64,000 nucleotides of DNA from Roseibacillus sp. GTDB taxonomy: Bacteria > Verrucomicrobiota > Verrucomicrobiia > Verrucomicrobiales > Akkermansiaceae. Location of the stretch: contig JBPOGI010000005.1 in assembly GCA_051251855.1 (NCBI GenBank), positions 294,742-358,741 of the forward strand, read 5' to 3'. Under the pieces are notes generated by a model that worked only from the letters and a program-made list of their open reading frames with translations, searched no databases and was not told where the DNA came from. The position numbers were made by a program, and so were the translations under genes. Positions 50,706 through 61,532 of the stretch are shown here, piece after piece. How positions within the stretch are numbered: position 1 is the first letter of the stretch; every line of letters starts with the position of its first letter.

Positions 50706-53339
50706 ATGGCTTCCGATGAAATAAAGAGCGTAAACGTAGCCGACGAAATGTCGTATGCGTTTCTCAACTACTCGATGTCCGTGATCATCTCGCGTGCGTT
50801 ACCTGATGCACGTGACGGTCTCAAACCATCTCAGCGTCGCGTGCTCTATGCGATGCACCACGATCTCTCCCTCACTCCCGCCAAGCAGCACCTCAAGTGT
50901 GCTCGTATTGTCGGTGAGACGATGGGTAAGTATCACCCGCATGGTGATAGCTCAATTTACTCCACATTGGTGAACATGGCCCAGCCGTGGACGCTTAAGG
51001 AGACTCTGGTCGATGGACAAGGGAACTTCGGTTCGGTAGAGGGTGATGCCGCTGCGGCCATGCGATACACCGAGGCCCGCATGACCCACATGGGTTCGGC
51101 GATGATGATCGACCTCGAGAAAGAGACGGTCGATATGACCGATACCTACGATGAACGAGCGGTGGAGCCGACTGTGCTTCCGGCTGCGATTCCCAATCTT
51201 CTCGTTAATGGTGGAACCGGTATTGCGGTCGGAATGGCGACCAATATCCCACCCCACAACATGGGCGAAGTGATTGATGGCGTTTGCGCTCGCATCGATA
51301 ATCCCACCATGCCTCTCGATGAGATGAAACGCATCGTGAAGGGCCCCGATTTTCCGATGAAGTGTCAGATCCGAGGCACCAAGGGTATCGATAGCTACTT
51401 CGCGACTGGTCGCGGCAGCATTAAGATGCGCGGTGAGATCGAGATTGATGAGAAGGAATCCGGAGCTTCTATTCTTACCATTACTCAGGTTCCCTTCAAT
51501 GTGAACCGCGCCACCCTCCAGCAGCGAATTGCTGAGTTGGTGCGCGAAAAAATTCTCCCCGATATCTCGGGCATGCGCGACCTCTCCGACGACCAGACGC
51601 GCATCGAGATTACGCTCAAGCGTGATGCTCGTCCTCAGGTAGTGGCCAATCAAATTTACAAGCTCACCGCGATGGAAACTTCCTTCGGGGTCAACATGCT
51701 CGCGATTCACGAGCGCCGTCCTAAGCAGATGGGGCTCTTAGATGCTCTCGATGCTTTCATCGAGCACCGTCGCGAAGTCATCATTCGCCGCACCCGCTAC
51801 CTCTTGCGTAAGGCAGAGGAAAAAGCCGAGACATTGGAGGCCTTCCTTCTTGCGCTGGGCCATCTCGATGATTTCATCAAAATCATTCGTGGTTCTAAAA
51901 ACCGTGATGAAGCACGGGTTAAGTTAAAAGCCTACGATTTCTCAACGGCTACTGCTGAGCAGTTAGGGATTCTGATTCGTTCCCAGCCTTCTGTGCAGGG
52001 CGATCGTTATATTTTCACTGACCGTCAGGTGAATTCTATTCTCGAACTCCGTCTCTATCAGCTCACTGCGTTGGAGCAGGACAAGGTGAAGGGCGACTAC
52101 GATGCTGTTCTTGTTGAGATTAAAGACTTCCTCGACATTCTCGGTAGCGAGAAGCGCGTCTTGGATATCATTAAAGAAGAGCTCCTCGCCATTAAGGAGA
52201 AATATGCGACACCACGTCTTTGTGAGATTGTTCCTGATGACGGTGACATCGCCATCGAGGACCTCATTGCCAATGACGGCATGATCGTTTCGCTGAGCCA
52301 TCGTGGTTACATTAAGCGGACTGCCGCCAGCGAATATCGGACTCAGAGTCGTGGTGGCAAAGGAATGCGTGGCATGGAGACCCGTACCGCCAACGATGAC
52401 GAAGACGATTTCGTGGAAACCCTCTTTAGTGCTGGGGCGCATGATTACCTCATGTTCTTCACGAATACCGGTCGAGCTTACATTGAGCGTGTTTATGATA
52501 TCCCCGAGGGCTCACGAGCTTCTAAAGGGCGTAACATCAAGAACGTGCTCAACCTGCAAGCCGACGAAAAAGTCGCCACCGTTCTCCGTGTCGAGCGCAA
52601 GCTCAACGAAAACGGAGAGGACGAAACCTTTGGCGAAGGAAGCGGTTTTGTCTTCTTCGCGACCCGCACCGGTAAGGTCAAGAAGACAGCGCTCTTTGAT
52701 TTCCGTAACTTCCGTAAAGACGGCATCATTGCCATTAAGCTGGAAGAGGAGAACGAACTCATTGGAGTGCGTCTCACCACTGGAAGCGACGAGATGGTTC
52801 TCGTGACTCACAATGGTCTCAGTCTTCGCTTTGACGAAACCCAATCTCGCAGCATGGGCCGTACCGCTGCTGGAGTGGCTGGAATTAAGCCTGTCAAAGG
52901 GGACTTTGTTGTGGGCGTCGCGATTGTGGATCCCGAAGCGACCTTGCTGGTTGCGAGTGAGAACGGTCTCGGCAAGCGCACGACCTACGAAGATTACCGC
53001 AGTCAGACTCGCGGCGGAAAAGGAATCATCACCATGAAGGTCACCGAAAAGACCGGTCCTGTCGTGGGAGCTTTGGCCGTGAAGCCGGAGGATGAGCTCA
53101 TGCTCATGACCACGGGTGGTCTTAGTATTCGTATTAAGGTCGATCAGGTTCGCGAGACTGGGCGCAGTGCTCAGGGCGTGAAGCTGCTTAGCTTGAAGGA
53201 AGGCGAGAAGCTCCAAGGCATTGCTCGGGTTGTGCCAGATGCCGACGGTCCTGCCGGTGGTGACGATGAGGAAGCTGGTGATGAGTCCTCCGAAGGGGAA
53301 GCGACGGACGAGCCAGCAGCTGACGAGTCCGAATCTTAG
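50706..53339 (+). CDS. gyrA: DNA gyrase subunit A
   Basis: RALPDARDGLKP, KYHPHGD, AAMRYTE, GyrA-box QSRGGKG. Confidence 0.98.
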   Translation: MASDEIKSVNVADEMSYAFLNYSMSVIISRALPDARDGLKPSQRRVLYAMHHDLSLTPAKQHLKCARIVGETMGKYHPHGDSSIYSTLVNMAQPWTLKETLVDGQGNFGSVEGDAAAAMRYTEARMTHMGSAMMIDLEKETVDMTDTYDERAVEPTVLPAAIPNLLVNGGTGIAVGMATNIPPHNMGEVIDGVCARIDNPTMPLDEMKRIVKGPDFPMKCQIRGTKGIDSYFATGRGSIKMRGEIEIDEKESGASILTITQVPFNVNRATLQQRIAELVREKILPDISGMRDLSDDQTRIEITLKRDARPQVVANQIYKLTAMETSFGVNMLAIHERRPKQMGLLDALDAFIEHRREVIIRRTRYLLRKAEEKAETLEAFLLALGHLDDFIKIIRGSKNRDEARVKLKAYDFSTATAEQLGILIRSQPSVQGDRYIFTDRQVNSILELRLYQLTALEQDKVKGDYDAVLVEIKDFLDILGSEKRVLDIIKEELLAIKEKYATPRLCEIVPDDGDIAIEDLIANDGMIVSLSHRGYIKRTAASEYRTQSRGGKGMRGMETRTANDDEDDFVETLFSAGAHDYLMFFTNTGRAYIERVYDIPEGSRASKGRNIKNVLNLQADEKVATVLRVERKLNENGEDETFGEGSGFVFFATRTGKVKKTALFDFRNFRKDGIIAIKLEEENELIGVRLTTGSDEMVLVTHNGLSLRFDETQSRSMGRTAAGVAGIKPVKGDFVVGVAIVDPEATLLVASENGLGKRTTYEDYRSQTRGGKGIITMKVTEKTGPVVGALAVKPEDELMLMTTGGLSIRIKVDQVRETGRSAQGVKLLSLKEGEKLQGIARVVPDADGPAGGDDEEAGDESSEGEATDEPAADESES

Positions 53340-53419
53340 TGTCGTCGATCAGAGACGATGTAGAAAAGTCGGTTCCTCTTGTAATAGAGGAGCGGGCTGA
53401 AGGTGCGTAGTCTCTTCTT

Positions 53420-53755
53420 ATGAGGCATCTTTCAATTCACAATCCCACTAAGAGAAAGCTGCCACCAATCTCGAATGTGTCGGCAGTGACTCGAGGGGTG
53501 GAGCCGGCGGTTCGTGCTGATTCGGAAGTCACCGCCTTTATTTGGGGGATTTCATTCTTCTTTCTCCTCTTCCTTGCTATGGTGGGAGGTCGCGTCGATT
53601 TCGCTTTTGGAGTGGTGGCCATGCCCGTTGCAGCCTCCTTGCATGTTGTTTTTTCCAAAATGAGTCCTCGGCGGGCGTGGGCTTGGACGGTAGCGGGATG
53701 GTATTGCGTATTCGGAACCCTCTGGGTCGTTGCTTCCGGAACGGAACTCATCTAG
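53420..53755 (+). CDS. Hypothetical small membrane protein
   Basis: 111-aa ORF with three hydrophobic segments. Confidence 0.55.
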   Translation: MRHLSIHNPTKRKLPPISNVSAVTRGVEPAVRADSEVTAFIWGISFFFLLFLAMVGGRVDFAFGVVAMPVAASLHVVFSKMSPRRAWAWTVAGWYCVFGTLWVVASGTELI

Positions 53756-53887
53756 CCCGAATTTCTCACGGGACGTGAAAAATTCGCCCGCAGGGCCGAC
53801 TCTGTCGGGGCTAGCTGGAGAGCGGTAATCAGGCTCTCATTTCCTTTTCATTGACGAAAACGTGAAATTGCGGCGTTTTAGGAAGGC

Positions 53888-54664
53888 ATGCTCTTTCTCT
53901 GGCGATGCTTTTTTGTGGGGATTTTACTAACGATACCAGTTAGTGCCAAAACTCGTGTCTGGGTGTTTTGTGGTTTGGCGGGGGATGAGGAGCATCGGGA
54001 GACTTTTGAGGTACGGATGGGGGAGATTCGGAAGAGTCTGCGCGATCGCTACGGAATCGAGGGGAACTCAGTGAAGTTTTACTTCGATGGCAAAGGGGGA
54101 GGCTATGCGGGAAAGTCAGATCGCGAAACGGTGTTGGCGGAACTCAAGGTCGTTTCGGAATTCTCCAAAGCTGGGGATGATTGTTGGGTGATTTTGATGG
54201 GCCATGCCACCAAGGTGAAAGGGGGGATGAGGTGGAATCTGCCCGGTCCTGATCTGGATGCCGGCGAGCTGGGAGATGCTTTTCGCGAATCGCCACGCTT
54301 GATGTTGTGGGCGACAATGACGGGAAGCTTCCCTCTGATAAGAACTGCAGGAGGTGACGAGAGAATCGTGGCGGTGGCGACGAGCCCGCGGGATCCTGAG
54401 AACGAGACCGACTTTCCGGTAGGTTTGGTGGAGGCCTTTGCATCCGCAACAGATGCCAACGGTGATGGACTCATTGATGGCGGCGAACTTTTTATCACTG
54501 CTCGTGAAGAGACTTTGAAGATTTATGAAAGCCTTGGCGCGGTCGTGAAGGAACTGGCCCTTTTGGATGGTGATGGAGATGGAAGAGGAACGTCGAGACC
54601 TGCTCGGGCTGATGCCGAGGGGGCCGCTCGGATGGGTTTAAAACTCAAGAGTCGTTTCGACTAA
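53888..54664 (+). CDS. Secreted protein, caspase/clan-CD-like fold suspected, with EF-hand-like motifs
   Basis: Signal peptide; ILMGH, NLPGPDL, DANGDGLIDGGE, LLDGDGDGRG. Confidence 0.65.
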   Translation: MLFLWRCFFVGILLTIPVSAKTRVWVFCGLAGDEEHRETFEVRMGEIRKSLRDRYGIEGNSVKFYFDGKGGGYAGKSDRETVLAELKVVSEFSKAGDDCWVILMGHATKVKGGMRWNLPGPDLDAGELGDAFRESPRLMLWATMTGSFPLIRTAGGDERIVAVATSPRDPENETDFPVGLVEAFASATDANGDGLIDGGELFITAREETLKIYESLGAVVKELALLDGDGDGRGTSRPARADAEGAARMGLKLKSRFD

Positions 54665-54685
54665 CAAGTAGCAAAAAGAAGAATC

Positions 54686-55654
54686 ATGGAGACACAAGGA
54701 ATCAATGTGCCAGAGGCTCGTAAGCGAGTCTTGGGGGAAGTGCATAAGGTCGTTATCGGGCAGGAAGAGCCACTCGACCTGATGTTGTTAGCGATGCTCT
54801 GCGGAGGTCATTGTCTATTGAAGGGAGTGCCGGGGGTGGGGAAAACGCTCATGGCCTCGACTTTGGCAAAGGTGCTCCAACTAGATTTCAATCGGGTTCA
54901 GTTTACGCCAGATATGATGCCTGCGGACATCACGGGTGGAGAAGTGTTGGAGGAAGATAATGGGAAGTGGAATCGTCGCTTTCTGCCGGGACCAGTTTTT
55001 ACAAACTTTCTCTTGGCTGATGAGATTAACCGAACACCTCCTAAGACCCAAGCCGCTCTTTTGCAGGCGATGCAAGAGCGACAGGTAAGTGTGGGCAATA
55101 CGACCTATCCCTTGGAGGAACCGTTTTTAGTAGTGGCGACTCAGAACCCAATTGAGATGGAAGGCACATACGCTTTGCCAGAAGCTCAGTTGGATCGATT
55201 TCTGTTCAATATTGAGGTGACCTATCCCACGGAGGAGGAGGAGCTTGGAATCGTGAAAGGGCAGACCGGAAACGAGGCGGGAGAGCCGGTTCCGGTTTTG
55301 GGGCCAGGCCAAATTATGGAACTTCGAAAGCAGGTGCGAGGGGTGCCGATGGCAGATGACGTCTCGCGTCTTGCGGTGAGACTGGCTGCTGCTACTCGAC
55401 CGGGAGGGAAGGAAACACCTGATATCGTGAATGAGTTCGTAGAAGTGGGCGCCAGCCCGCGAGCGAGTTTGACTCTGGCTTTGGGCGCGAAGGCGAAGGC
55501 GCTGGTGGCGGGCAAGACTCATGTCGATTTCGCAGATATAAAGTCGTTGGCGCTGCCGGTTTTGCGACATCGTCTGGTGATGAATTTTCGCAGTCGTGCC
55601 GAGAAGGTTTCGGTGGAGAAGGTGATTGAGGAAGTGGTGGCCTCTTTGAAGTAG
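54686..55654 (+). CDS. MoxR family AAA+ ATPase
   Basis: GVPGVGKT, RVQFTPDMMPAD, DEINRTPPKTQAALL, ATQNPIE, LPEAQLDRF, GASPR. Confidence 0.96.
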   Translation: METQGINVPEARKRVLGEVHKVVIGQEEPLDLMLLAMLCGGHCLLKGVPGVGKTLMASTLAKVLQLDFNRVQFTPDMMPADITGGEVLEEDNGKWNRRFLPGPVFTNFLLADEINRTPPKTQAALLQAMQERQVSVGNTTYPLEEPFLVVATQNPIEMEGTYALPEAQLDRFLFNIEVTYPTEEEELGIVKGQTGNEAGEPVPVLGPGQIMELRKQVRGVPMADDVSRLAVRLAAATRPGGKETPDIVNEFVEVGASPRASLTLALGAKAKALVAGKTHVDFADIKSLALPVLRHRLVMNFRSRAEKVSVEKVIEEVVASLK

Positions 55655-55657
55655 GGT

Positions 55658-56551
55658 ATGAGTTCTGCCACGTCAGCCTTGGATGATCCCGAGTTGTTTC
55701 TTGCTTTAGATGACCTCGAACTCGTCGCGCAAGGTCTTGCGGAGGGAGCTTGGCAAGGGACGAGGCGTAGCCGCATGCGGGGAGAGGGTATGGAGTTCGA
55801 GGGGCACCGAGAGTATCGGGTGGGAGATGATCCGCGCCACGTGAACTGGTCACTCTACGCGCGTTCACGCCGCTTGCAGACGCGCGAGTTTCGACCAGAG
55901 GTGAACTTGCCGCTCTACTTGATGTTAGACGTAACGGGCTCGATGACGGTGCAAAATGGAGCACGCAAGAAGCTGAAGTATGGGACCGCGATGGCTGCGG
56001 CGATGGCATATCTAGCTGGCAAAGCGCGTGATAGCCATGGGGTGATTTTGCTCGGAGATGGGGTCGTGGGAGGTTCTCGGATGGGGAGTGGTCAGAGGCA
56101 TTTTGATGAAGTGTCGGCCTTGCTCGCGGGGACGGATAGTTTTGGGGAAGGAGAGGTGGGGGAGGCTCTCGACCGAGCGCGAGAGATGTGTCGACGTCGA
56201 GGGATGGTAGTTTTGTTCTCGGACTTGTTTGATAAGGAAGAAGATATTCTGAAGGGGATAAGAGCGTTGAGAGCGGATGGTCATGAGGTCACTGTTTTTC
56301 AGGTGTTAGACCCTATCGAGATCGAGCTTCCCAAGAAGGGTGATATCGAGTTTGTGGATGCGGAAACAGGGAGGAAGATGAAGACGAGTGTCGCCGCGAT
56401 TCGTGAGAACTATGAGGCCGCGGTGAGGCTGTGGAGAGAAAACTTTCAGAGGGAATGTGAAGCAGTGGGTGCTATCTGGCAGAGTGCACGGACGGACGAA
56501 CCGATGGCGGATGCCCTTCGCGAGTGGATGCAAACAGCGATGCAAAAGTGA
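55658..56551 (+). CDS. DUF58 (vWA-like) protein
   Basis: GEGMEFEGHREYRVGDDPRHVNW, LDVTGSM, FSDL, LDPIE. Confidence 0.93.
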   Translation: MSSATSALDDPELFLALDDLELVAQGLAEGAWQGTRRSRMRGEGMEFEGHREYRVGDDPRHVNWSLYARSRRLQTREFRPEVNLPLYLMLDVTGSMTVQNGARKKLKYGTAMAAAMAYLAGKARDSHGVILLGDGVVGGSRMGSGQRHFDEVSALLAGTDSFGEGEVGEALDRAREMCRRRGMVVLFSDLFDKEEDILKGIRALRADGHEVTVFQVLDPIEIELPKKGDIEFVDAETGRKMKTSVAAIRENYEAAVRLWRENFQRECEAVGAIWQSARTDEPMADALREWMQTAMQK

Positions 56552-59500
56552 TGAGATGGAAGAGTCAGATTTGCTCGGGAGTGACCGCTTTGCTGATGCT
56601 GGTGGGCTTAGGGTTTTTGCTGCCAGATCTTCTTTCACAGGGGAATCGACCGGGAGAACCGGGAGAAAGCTCTCTATCTGAGGTTCCTCTGGCGGTTGCC
56701 GGTTCATTAGATTCCCCAGATTTCGAGCCCAAGGTGACCGAGATTGGAACCCCGCCGTCTCCTAGAGAAGTGGTTGAGGGAATGGAGGGGCCGGATGGGT
56801 TTCGAGTGGAGGTCTTCGCCAGTGAGCCGCAGGTCAGAGTCCCCATCGATATGACGGTGGATGATGCTGGTCGAGTTTGGGTGGCGGAATCCTACAGTTA
56901 CATGGACTGGCCGGTGGAAGGTTCTCGGACTGTTTTGGATTCTTTGGGGAGAGCCTTCCGCGAGGTAGTGCCTTTCGCTAGTGGAAAGGGCCATGATCGA
57001 GTCGTCGTGCTGACTGATAGTGATGGGGACGGAAAGGCTGAGGAGAGCCGGGTGGCAATTTCTGGGATCAAGCACCTCAGCAGCCTTGCAGTGGGCTGGG
57101 GGGGAGTGTGGGTTCTTGATTTACCCAATTTGCAATTCTATCCCGATCCTGATGGAGATGGAGTGATTGACTCTGCGCCCGTTACTAAGTTGAGCGGGTT
57201 CACCACGCGGGCAAAATGGAACATGCCTAATAGTCTGACTTGGGGGCCGGACGGGTGGCTTTATGGAACGTCAGGACAGATGGGGTGGTCAAGTGTGAGA
57301 GGTTTGAGGTGGTCCTGCGGAGTCTGGCGCTATCACCCCGCCGAGGACCGCTTCGAAGTGGTTGCCAATGGGATGACGAATCCTTGGGGTATCGATTGGA
57401 ACGCGGAGGGCGACTGCTTCGTGAGTGGGAATTGTAATGGGCACCTGTGGTCCATCCATCACGGGGGCTACTATGACCGGGGTTGGGGAGGGGCGGCGAT
57501 GCCGGTGGGATCGAAACGTTTTACTGCCATTGAAAAGGTGCCTCACTACCCGCCGGGGTTGGATTGGAAGACATCTTGGCAGCGACGATTTATAGTGGGG
57601 ACGGAAGCCGATGAATTTGGCGGTGGGCATTCTCATTGCGGGCTTTTGTTCTATCAAGGGGGGAGTTGGCCCGAGGAGTATGAGGGGCGCACTTTGATGG
57701 CCAATACTTTCGGCCGCAGGCTGAATGTGGACAAAGTGTCTTGGGAAGACGGTTATGTATCTGAGAGGCAGGGGGACTTGATGAAGGCGGGGACTGAGTG
57801 GTTTCGGGGAGTGAGTGTTGAGCAAGATGTCGACGGGAATGTTTTGGTGAGTGACTGGTGTGACAAAGGTGAGTGCCATGATGAGACGGGGGTGCATCGG
57901 GCTTCGGGACGGATTTACCGTCTTTGCTACGGAGAATCTAGTAAGAGAGAGGCCGTTGATTTACACCGAGAGACCGACTCAGAGTTGGTGAAGTTTTTGA
58001 CCCATGAGAATCATTACTATCGTCAGCGGGCGTCGCGCCTGTTGATGGAACGGCTGAGACGAAATGAGGTGGCTGAGGAAGTGCTTCAAGTTCTCGTCGA
58101 ATTGGTATCGGAGGGGAAGACATGGCAATCCCAATTGAGCAGTCTGCATACCCTGGCGGGCGGAGGGAAGTTGGCATTGGTGCTGGAGAAGGCACTGAAG
58201 GCTGAAGAGGGACGGATAAGGGCGGCTGCCGTTCGTCTCGGTGCTTCCGAAGAAATTGTGAGTGAGGTCTTTCTAAGCAAAGTGCGGGAAATGGTTTCCG
58301 GTGAGGATGATGAGAGGGTGCAGTGGCAACTGGCTTCAGCGATGAGGGTTTTGGCGAGTCAGGAGGAACTTGGGTTGAAGCTTTTGACAAAGATTGAGGG
58401 CGAGAATTTAACAAGAATGCTTTGGCAAACTATCGGCGGACCTGGTGAGCTCGGGGTCGCGGGGCTTTCGAAATTCTATCAAAAATCCCGCGCTCAGGTG
58501 GGTCGTTTGGAAGCTCTCAGTGGGTTGATTGATTATTCGGCGAGTGAAGAGTTGGCGAAGGTTCTGAAGGAGGTGCCGAGGTTAGAAGTTGCCGATGGGA
58601 ATGAGATATTGGAGGTCATCGCTGGAGCGGGAGAGCGCTGTGAGCCGGATCTGACTCTTGAGAGCTGGCGTTTACTTCGAAAGAAACTGGAGAACTGGGG
58701 CGATGAAAATACGATGTCGTCGCTCATTTCGTTGGGGCGAATTTTCAATGATACCGAGGCTTATGCAGAGGCTCGAAACTTGTTTCGAAATCGTGAGCTA
58801 CCGGTGGAAGATAGGGTGGAAGCGCTCAAGCAAATGCTTCTGGCTGATTCGAGTCGTGGTTTGGATGAGTTTTTGCAGGCGTGGAGAGAGCCTCATCTTC
58901 GTTTGAGTATCATTCCACTGTTGTCGGAAGTTTCGATAGGCTTTCACTATTTTGTGAGAGAATGGCATGAGCTGCCTCCTGCAGAGAAAGATGCCTTGGT
59001 CAAAGAGATGCTTAGGAGTGAGAGGGGGGCGAGTGAGTTGCTGATGTTCGTGAGATCGGATGTGATGTCTCCGGAGGTTTTGAACGGTGGAAATCTGGCC
59101 CTTCTTGAGACGGTGTCGCCTGAGCTTGCTGCTTCTTTTCGTGAGGACTATGGCGGAGATAATGCGGATAAACTGTGGCAGCGATGTTCGCAATTGGTGT
59201 TGGATGGCGAAGGTAGTGCTGAGGTTGGGCAAGAAGTCTACCAGCGGCTTTGCTCGAGCTGCCATCGATTCAAGGGAGGCAAAGGGGACTTGGGGCCTGA
59301 CTTGAGTGGATACGATTTTCGCGATGCGGAGTCGCTTCTCAAGAATATCATTTTTCCTTCCGCCTCGGTTGCTCCGGATGCGCGGTTGATGGTGGTGACG
59401 ATGAGGGATGGTACGGTAGTGACCGGAACGAGCTTGGGTGAGACGATCAATGGGGATGTGCGTATGAAGACTGCTCTGGGGGAGTCGGTGGTGACGAATC

Positions 59501-59619
59501 ATCGTTTGAGAAGCGTCGAGGTCTTTGAGAAGTCGCTGATGCCTGAGGGTTTGTTAGAGGGGCTTTCAGATGAGGAGGTCAAAGGGTTGATGAAATACTT
59601 ACAAGGAGGGAGCGAATGA
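56551..59619 (+). CDS. PVC-type heme-binding CxxCH protein (dehydrogenase-like propeller + HEAT repeats + cytochrome c)
   Basis: GFRVEVFASEP, WGPDGWLY, NPWG, DWCDKGECHD, CSSCH..GPDL, SLMPEGL; TGATG overlap with the DUF58 stop. Confidence 0.92.
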   Translation: MRWKSQICSGVTALLMLVGLGFLLPDLLSQGNRPGEPGESSLSEVPLAVAGSLDSPDFEPKVTEIGTPPSPREVVEGMEGPDGFRVEVFASEPQVRVPIDMTVDDAGRVWVAESYSYMDWPVEGSRTVLDSLGRAFREVVPFASGKGHDRVVVLTDSDGDGKAEESRVAISGIKHLSSLAVGWGGVWVLDLPNLQFYPDPDGDGVIDSAPVTKLSGFTTRAKWNMPNSLTWGPDGWLYGTSGQMGWSSVRGLRWSCGVWRYHPAEDRFEVVANGMTNPWGIDWNAEGDCFVSGNCNGHLWSIHHGGYYDRGWGGAAMPVGSKRFTAIEKVPHYPPGLDWKTSWQRRFIVGTEADEFGGGHSHCGLLFYQGGSWPEEYEGRTLMANTFGRRLNVDKVSWEDGYVSERQGDLMKAGTEWFRGVSVEQDVDGNVLVSDWCDKGECHDETGVHRASGRIYRLCYGESSKREAVDLHRETDSELVKFLTHENHYYRQRASRLLMERLRRNEVAEEVLQVLVELVSEGKTWQSQLSSLHTLAGGGKLALVLEKALKAEEGRIRAAAVRLGASEEIVSEVFLSKVREMVSGEDDERVQWQLASAMRVLASQEELGLKLLTKIEGENLTRMLWQTIGGPGELGVAGLSKFYQKSRAQVGRLEALSGLIDYSASEELAKVLKEVPRLEVADGNEILEVIAGAGERCEPDLTLESWRLLRKKLENWGDENTMSSLISLGRIFNDTEAYAEARNLFRNRELPVEDRVEALKQMLLADSSRGLDEFLQAWREPHLRLSIIPLLSEVSIGFHYFVREWHELPPAEKDALVKEMLRSERGASELLMFVRSDVMSPEVLNGGNLALLETVSPELAASFREDYGGDNADKLWQRCSQLVLDGEGSAEVGQEVYQRLCSSCHRFKGGKGDLGPDLSGYDFRDAESLLKNIIFPSASVAPDARLMVVTMRDGTVVTGTSLGETINGDVRMKTALGESVVTNHRLRSVEVFEKSLMPEGLLEGLSDEEVKGLMKYLQGGSE

Positions 59620-61532
59620 ACTTTGCGAGCATTCTCTTTCTAGCAGGTGGAGCGGCGGTTGTGATTCCATTACTGATCCACCTCATTCGTCGGCGACGTT
59701 GGGAGCAGGTTTCGATTGGTTCGCTGCGTTTTCTTCAGGAGGCTGCTCGGACGAGTCGACGCATGTCTCAAGTGGATAACTGGCCCTTGATGCTTTTGAG
59801 AATGCTGATGCTGCTTTTATTGGCTTTCGTTTTTGCGCGGCCTTATTTCAGTGAAAAAGAGAAGCGTGAGTCGGTCGATGGCGGGACGATTCTCGTCTTG
59901 CTCGATGCTTCTGGCAGCTTGGTCGAGAGCCGCGAAGAAGTTATCAAGCTTGCGGAACAGGCGACTCAGGGGAAAGAGGGGGTAGGAGTGCGATTGGTTG
60001 CCTTTGCGGATGAGGTCGAGGAGCTTTCTAAGGTTGATGATTATCGGGCGGTGGCTGGTTCGCCCACGGATTGGGAGGGTGTAGTGGAGTGGACGATCGA
60101 TGCCGTGGCCGCGGGGTCGGTGAGCGAGGTGGTGGTGGTCACGGATGGGCGAAATGGTGGGGTGGCGGATGAGCCACAGAGGCTTTGGCCAAGCTCTGTT
60201 GCGATTAATATTCAGCGCGTGCAGGCGAAGGGGGAGGCTAATGCGGCGGTGGGCGAGGTTGAGCTTTTGACAGAGTATCAGGGGCTGGAAACCGTCTTTG
60301 AGGCTCGGGTGGAGGTTGAAGGTGACTGGAGTGGCGAAGCGGTTTTGGAATTGGAGGATGGGCGGAGAGCAAGTGTAGTCGTCCCCGAGGGCGGGGGGCG
60401 GGTTGTTTTTGGGGTGGAGCCAGGAGAGTTGAGCGAGTCGGAGCGACTCTTGCGAGGCAAGGTGACCTTGAAAGGGCAAGAGGCGGATTCTTGGTCGGCG
60501 GATGATGTGAGATACTTTGCTTTGTTAGAAAGGGTGCGAAAGCGGATTTTGATTTTGGATGGCGACCCCGGGGCGACGCCCTTTACGAGCGAAGGGTATT
60601 ATCTCTCGCGAGCTTTACAGGCTTCGGGACGCGGGCCTGGTCAATCTGCTTTTGTGCCGGTGATTCAGAATGACTTTCGGTTGGCCGAGCCTCGGGAAGG
60701 TGAGGAACGTTGGGATGCCATTGTCCTCTGCAATTGGGCGCAAGTTGGGTCGTTTGAAGCTGAGGTTCTGGAGTCTTGGCGGGAACTGGGAACGGGGCTG
60801 GTTGTGGTCTTGGGTGATCAGTCTTCGGCTGCGGGGTATGCTTCTTTGACGGAGCGGGGGCTTTTTCCGAAAGGATTGGAACGGCAAGAAGTGGCGACTC
60901 CCAGGCCTTTGGAGTTGGGGGAGGAAGAGAGTTTGGCGATGAGAGGATTTTCTGAGGTGGGCTCTGGCCTGAATACACTCTTTTTACGGGATGGTTTTCG
61001 GTTCGGTGATTCTGGGAGCTGGATTGAGAGCGCCTCTTTACGAGGTGGAGGAGGTTTGCTTTTTGAGAAGGTCGAAGAAGGCAAGGGACTTGCGCTGGTG
61101 GTGGCTCATCCTTTGACGCGAGAGTGGGGTGATTTTCCGATTTCTCGTTGGTTTGTGCCGTTGGCAATGGAGTGGATGAAAGCGGCCACGGGCTGGAGAG
61201 AGTCAGGCGCACGAGTTCTCAATTCGGTGGTGGGGTTTTCAAGGCCCGAGCAGGGAATTTTTGACCAAGAAGGGCAAGTGGGAGTGGTGAACGCGGATGT
61301 GGAGGAGCGCAAGGTAGGGGTTTTGAGCGATAGTGAGCTTCGAGAGAGGCTGGGCGTTCCTTCGGAGGATGGTTCGCTAGAGCTGGCAAATACGCCGGTA
61401 TTGAGCGAACTTCCTGCCAGTCGTGAGCGCCCACATGAGATCTGGCCATGGCTTCTTTTTGTGCTCATACTACTCGGTGGGTATGAGCTTTGGTTCTCAG
61501 ACTTTCGCAAATTCAAACCTCAAAACATATGA
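59616..61532 (+). CDS. BatA-domain / vWA membrane protein
   Basis: PLLIHLIRRRR..SLRFL..LRML..ARPY; LDASGS; VTDG; C-terminal IWPWLL TM. Confidence 0.9.
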   Translation: MNFASILFLAGGAAVVIPLLIHLIRRRRWEQVSIGSLRFLQEAARTSRRMSQVDNWPLMLLRMLMLLLLAFVFARPYFSEKEKRESVDGGTILVLLDASGSLVESREEVIKLAEQATQGKEGVGVRLVAFADEVEELSKVDDYRAVAGSPTDWEGVVEWTIDAVAAGSVSEVVVVTDGRNGGVADEPQRLWPSSVAINIQRVQAKGEANAAVGEVELLTEYQGLETVFEARVEVEGDWSGEAVLELEDGRRASVVVPEGGGRVVFGVEPGELSESERLLRGKVTLKGQEADSWSADDVRYFALLERVRKRILILDGDPGATPFTSEGYYLSRALQASGRGPGQSAFVPVIQNDFRLAEPREGEERWDAIVLCNWAQVGSFEAEVLESWRELGTGLVVVLGDQSSAAGYASLTERGLFPKGLERQEVATPRPLELGEEESLAMRGFSEVGSGLNTLFLRDGFRFGDSGSWIESASLRGGGGLLFEKVEEGKGLALVVAHPLTREWGDFPISRWFVPLAMEWMKAATGWRESGARVLNSVVGFSRPEQGIFDQEGQVGVVNADVEERKVGVLSDSELRERLGVPSEDGSLELANTPVLSELPASRERPHEIWPWLLFVLILLGGYELWFSDFRKFKPQNI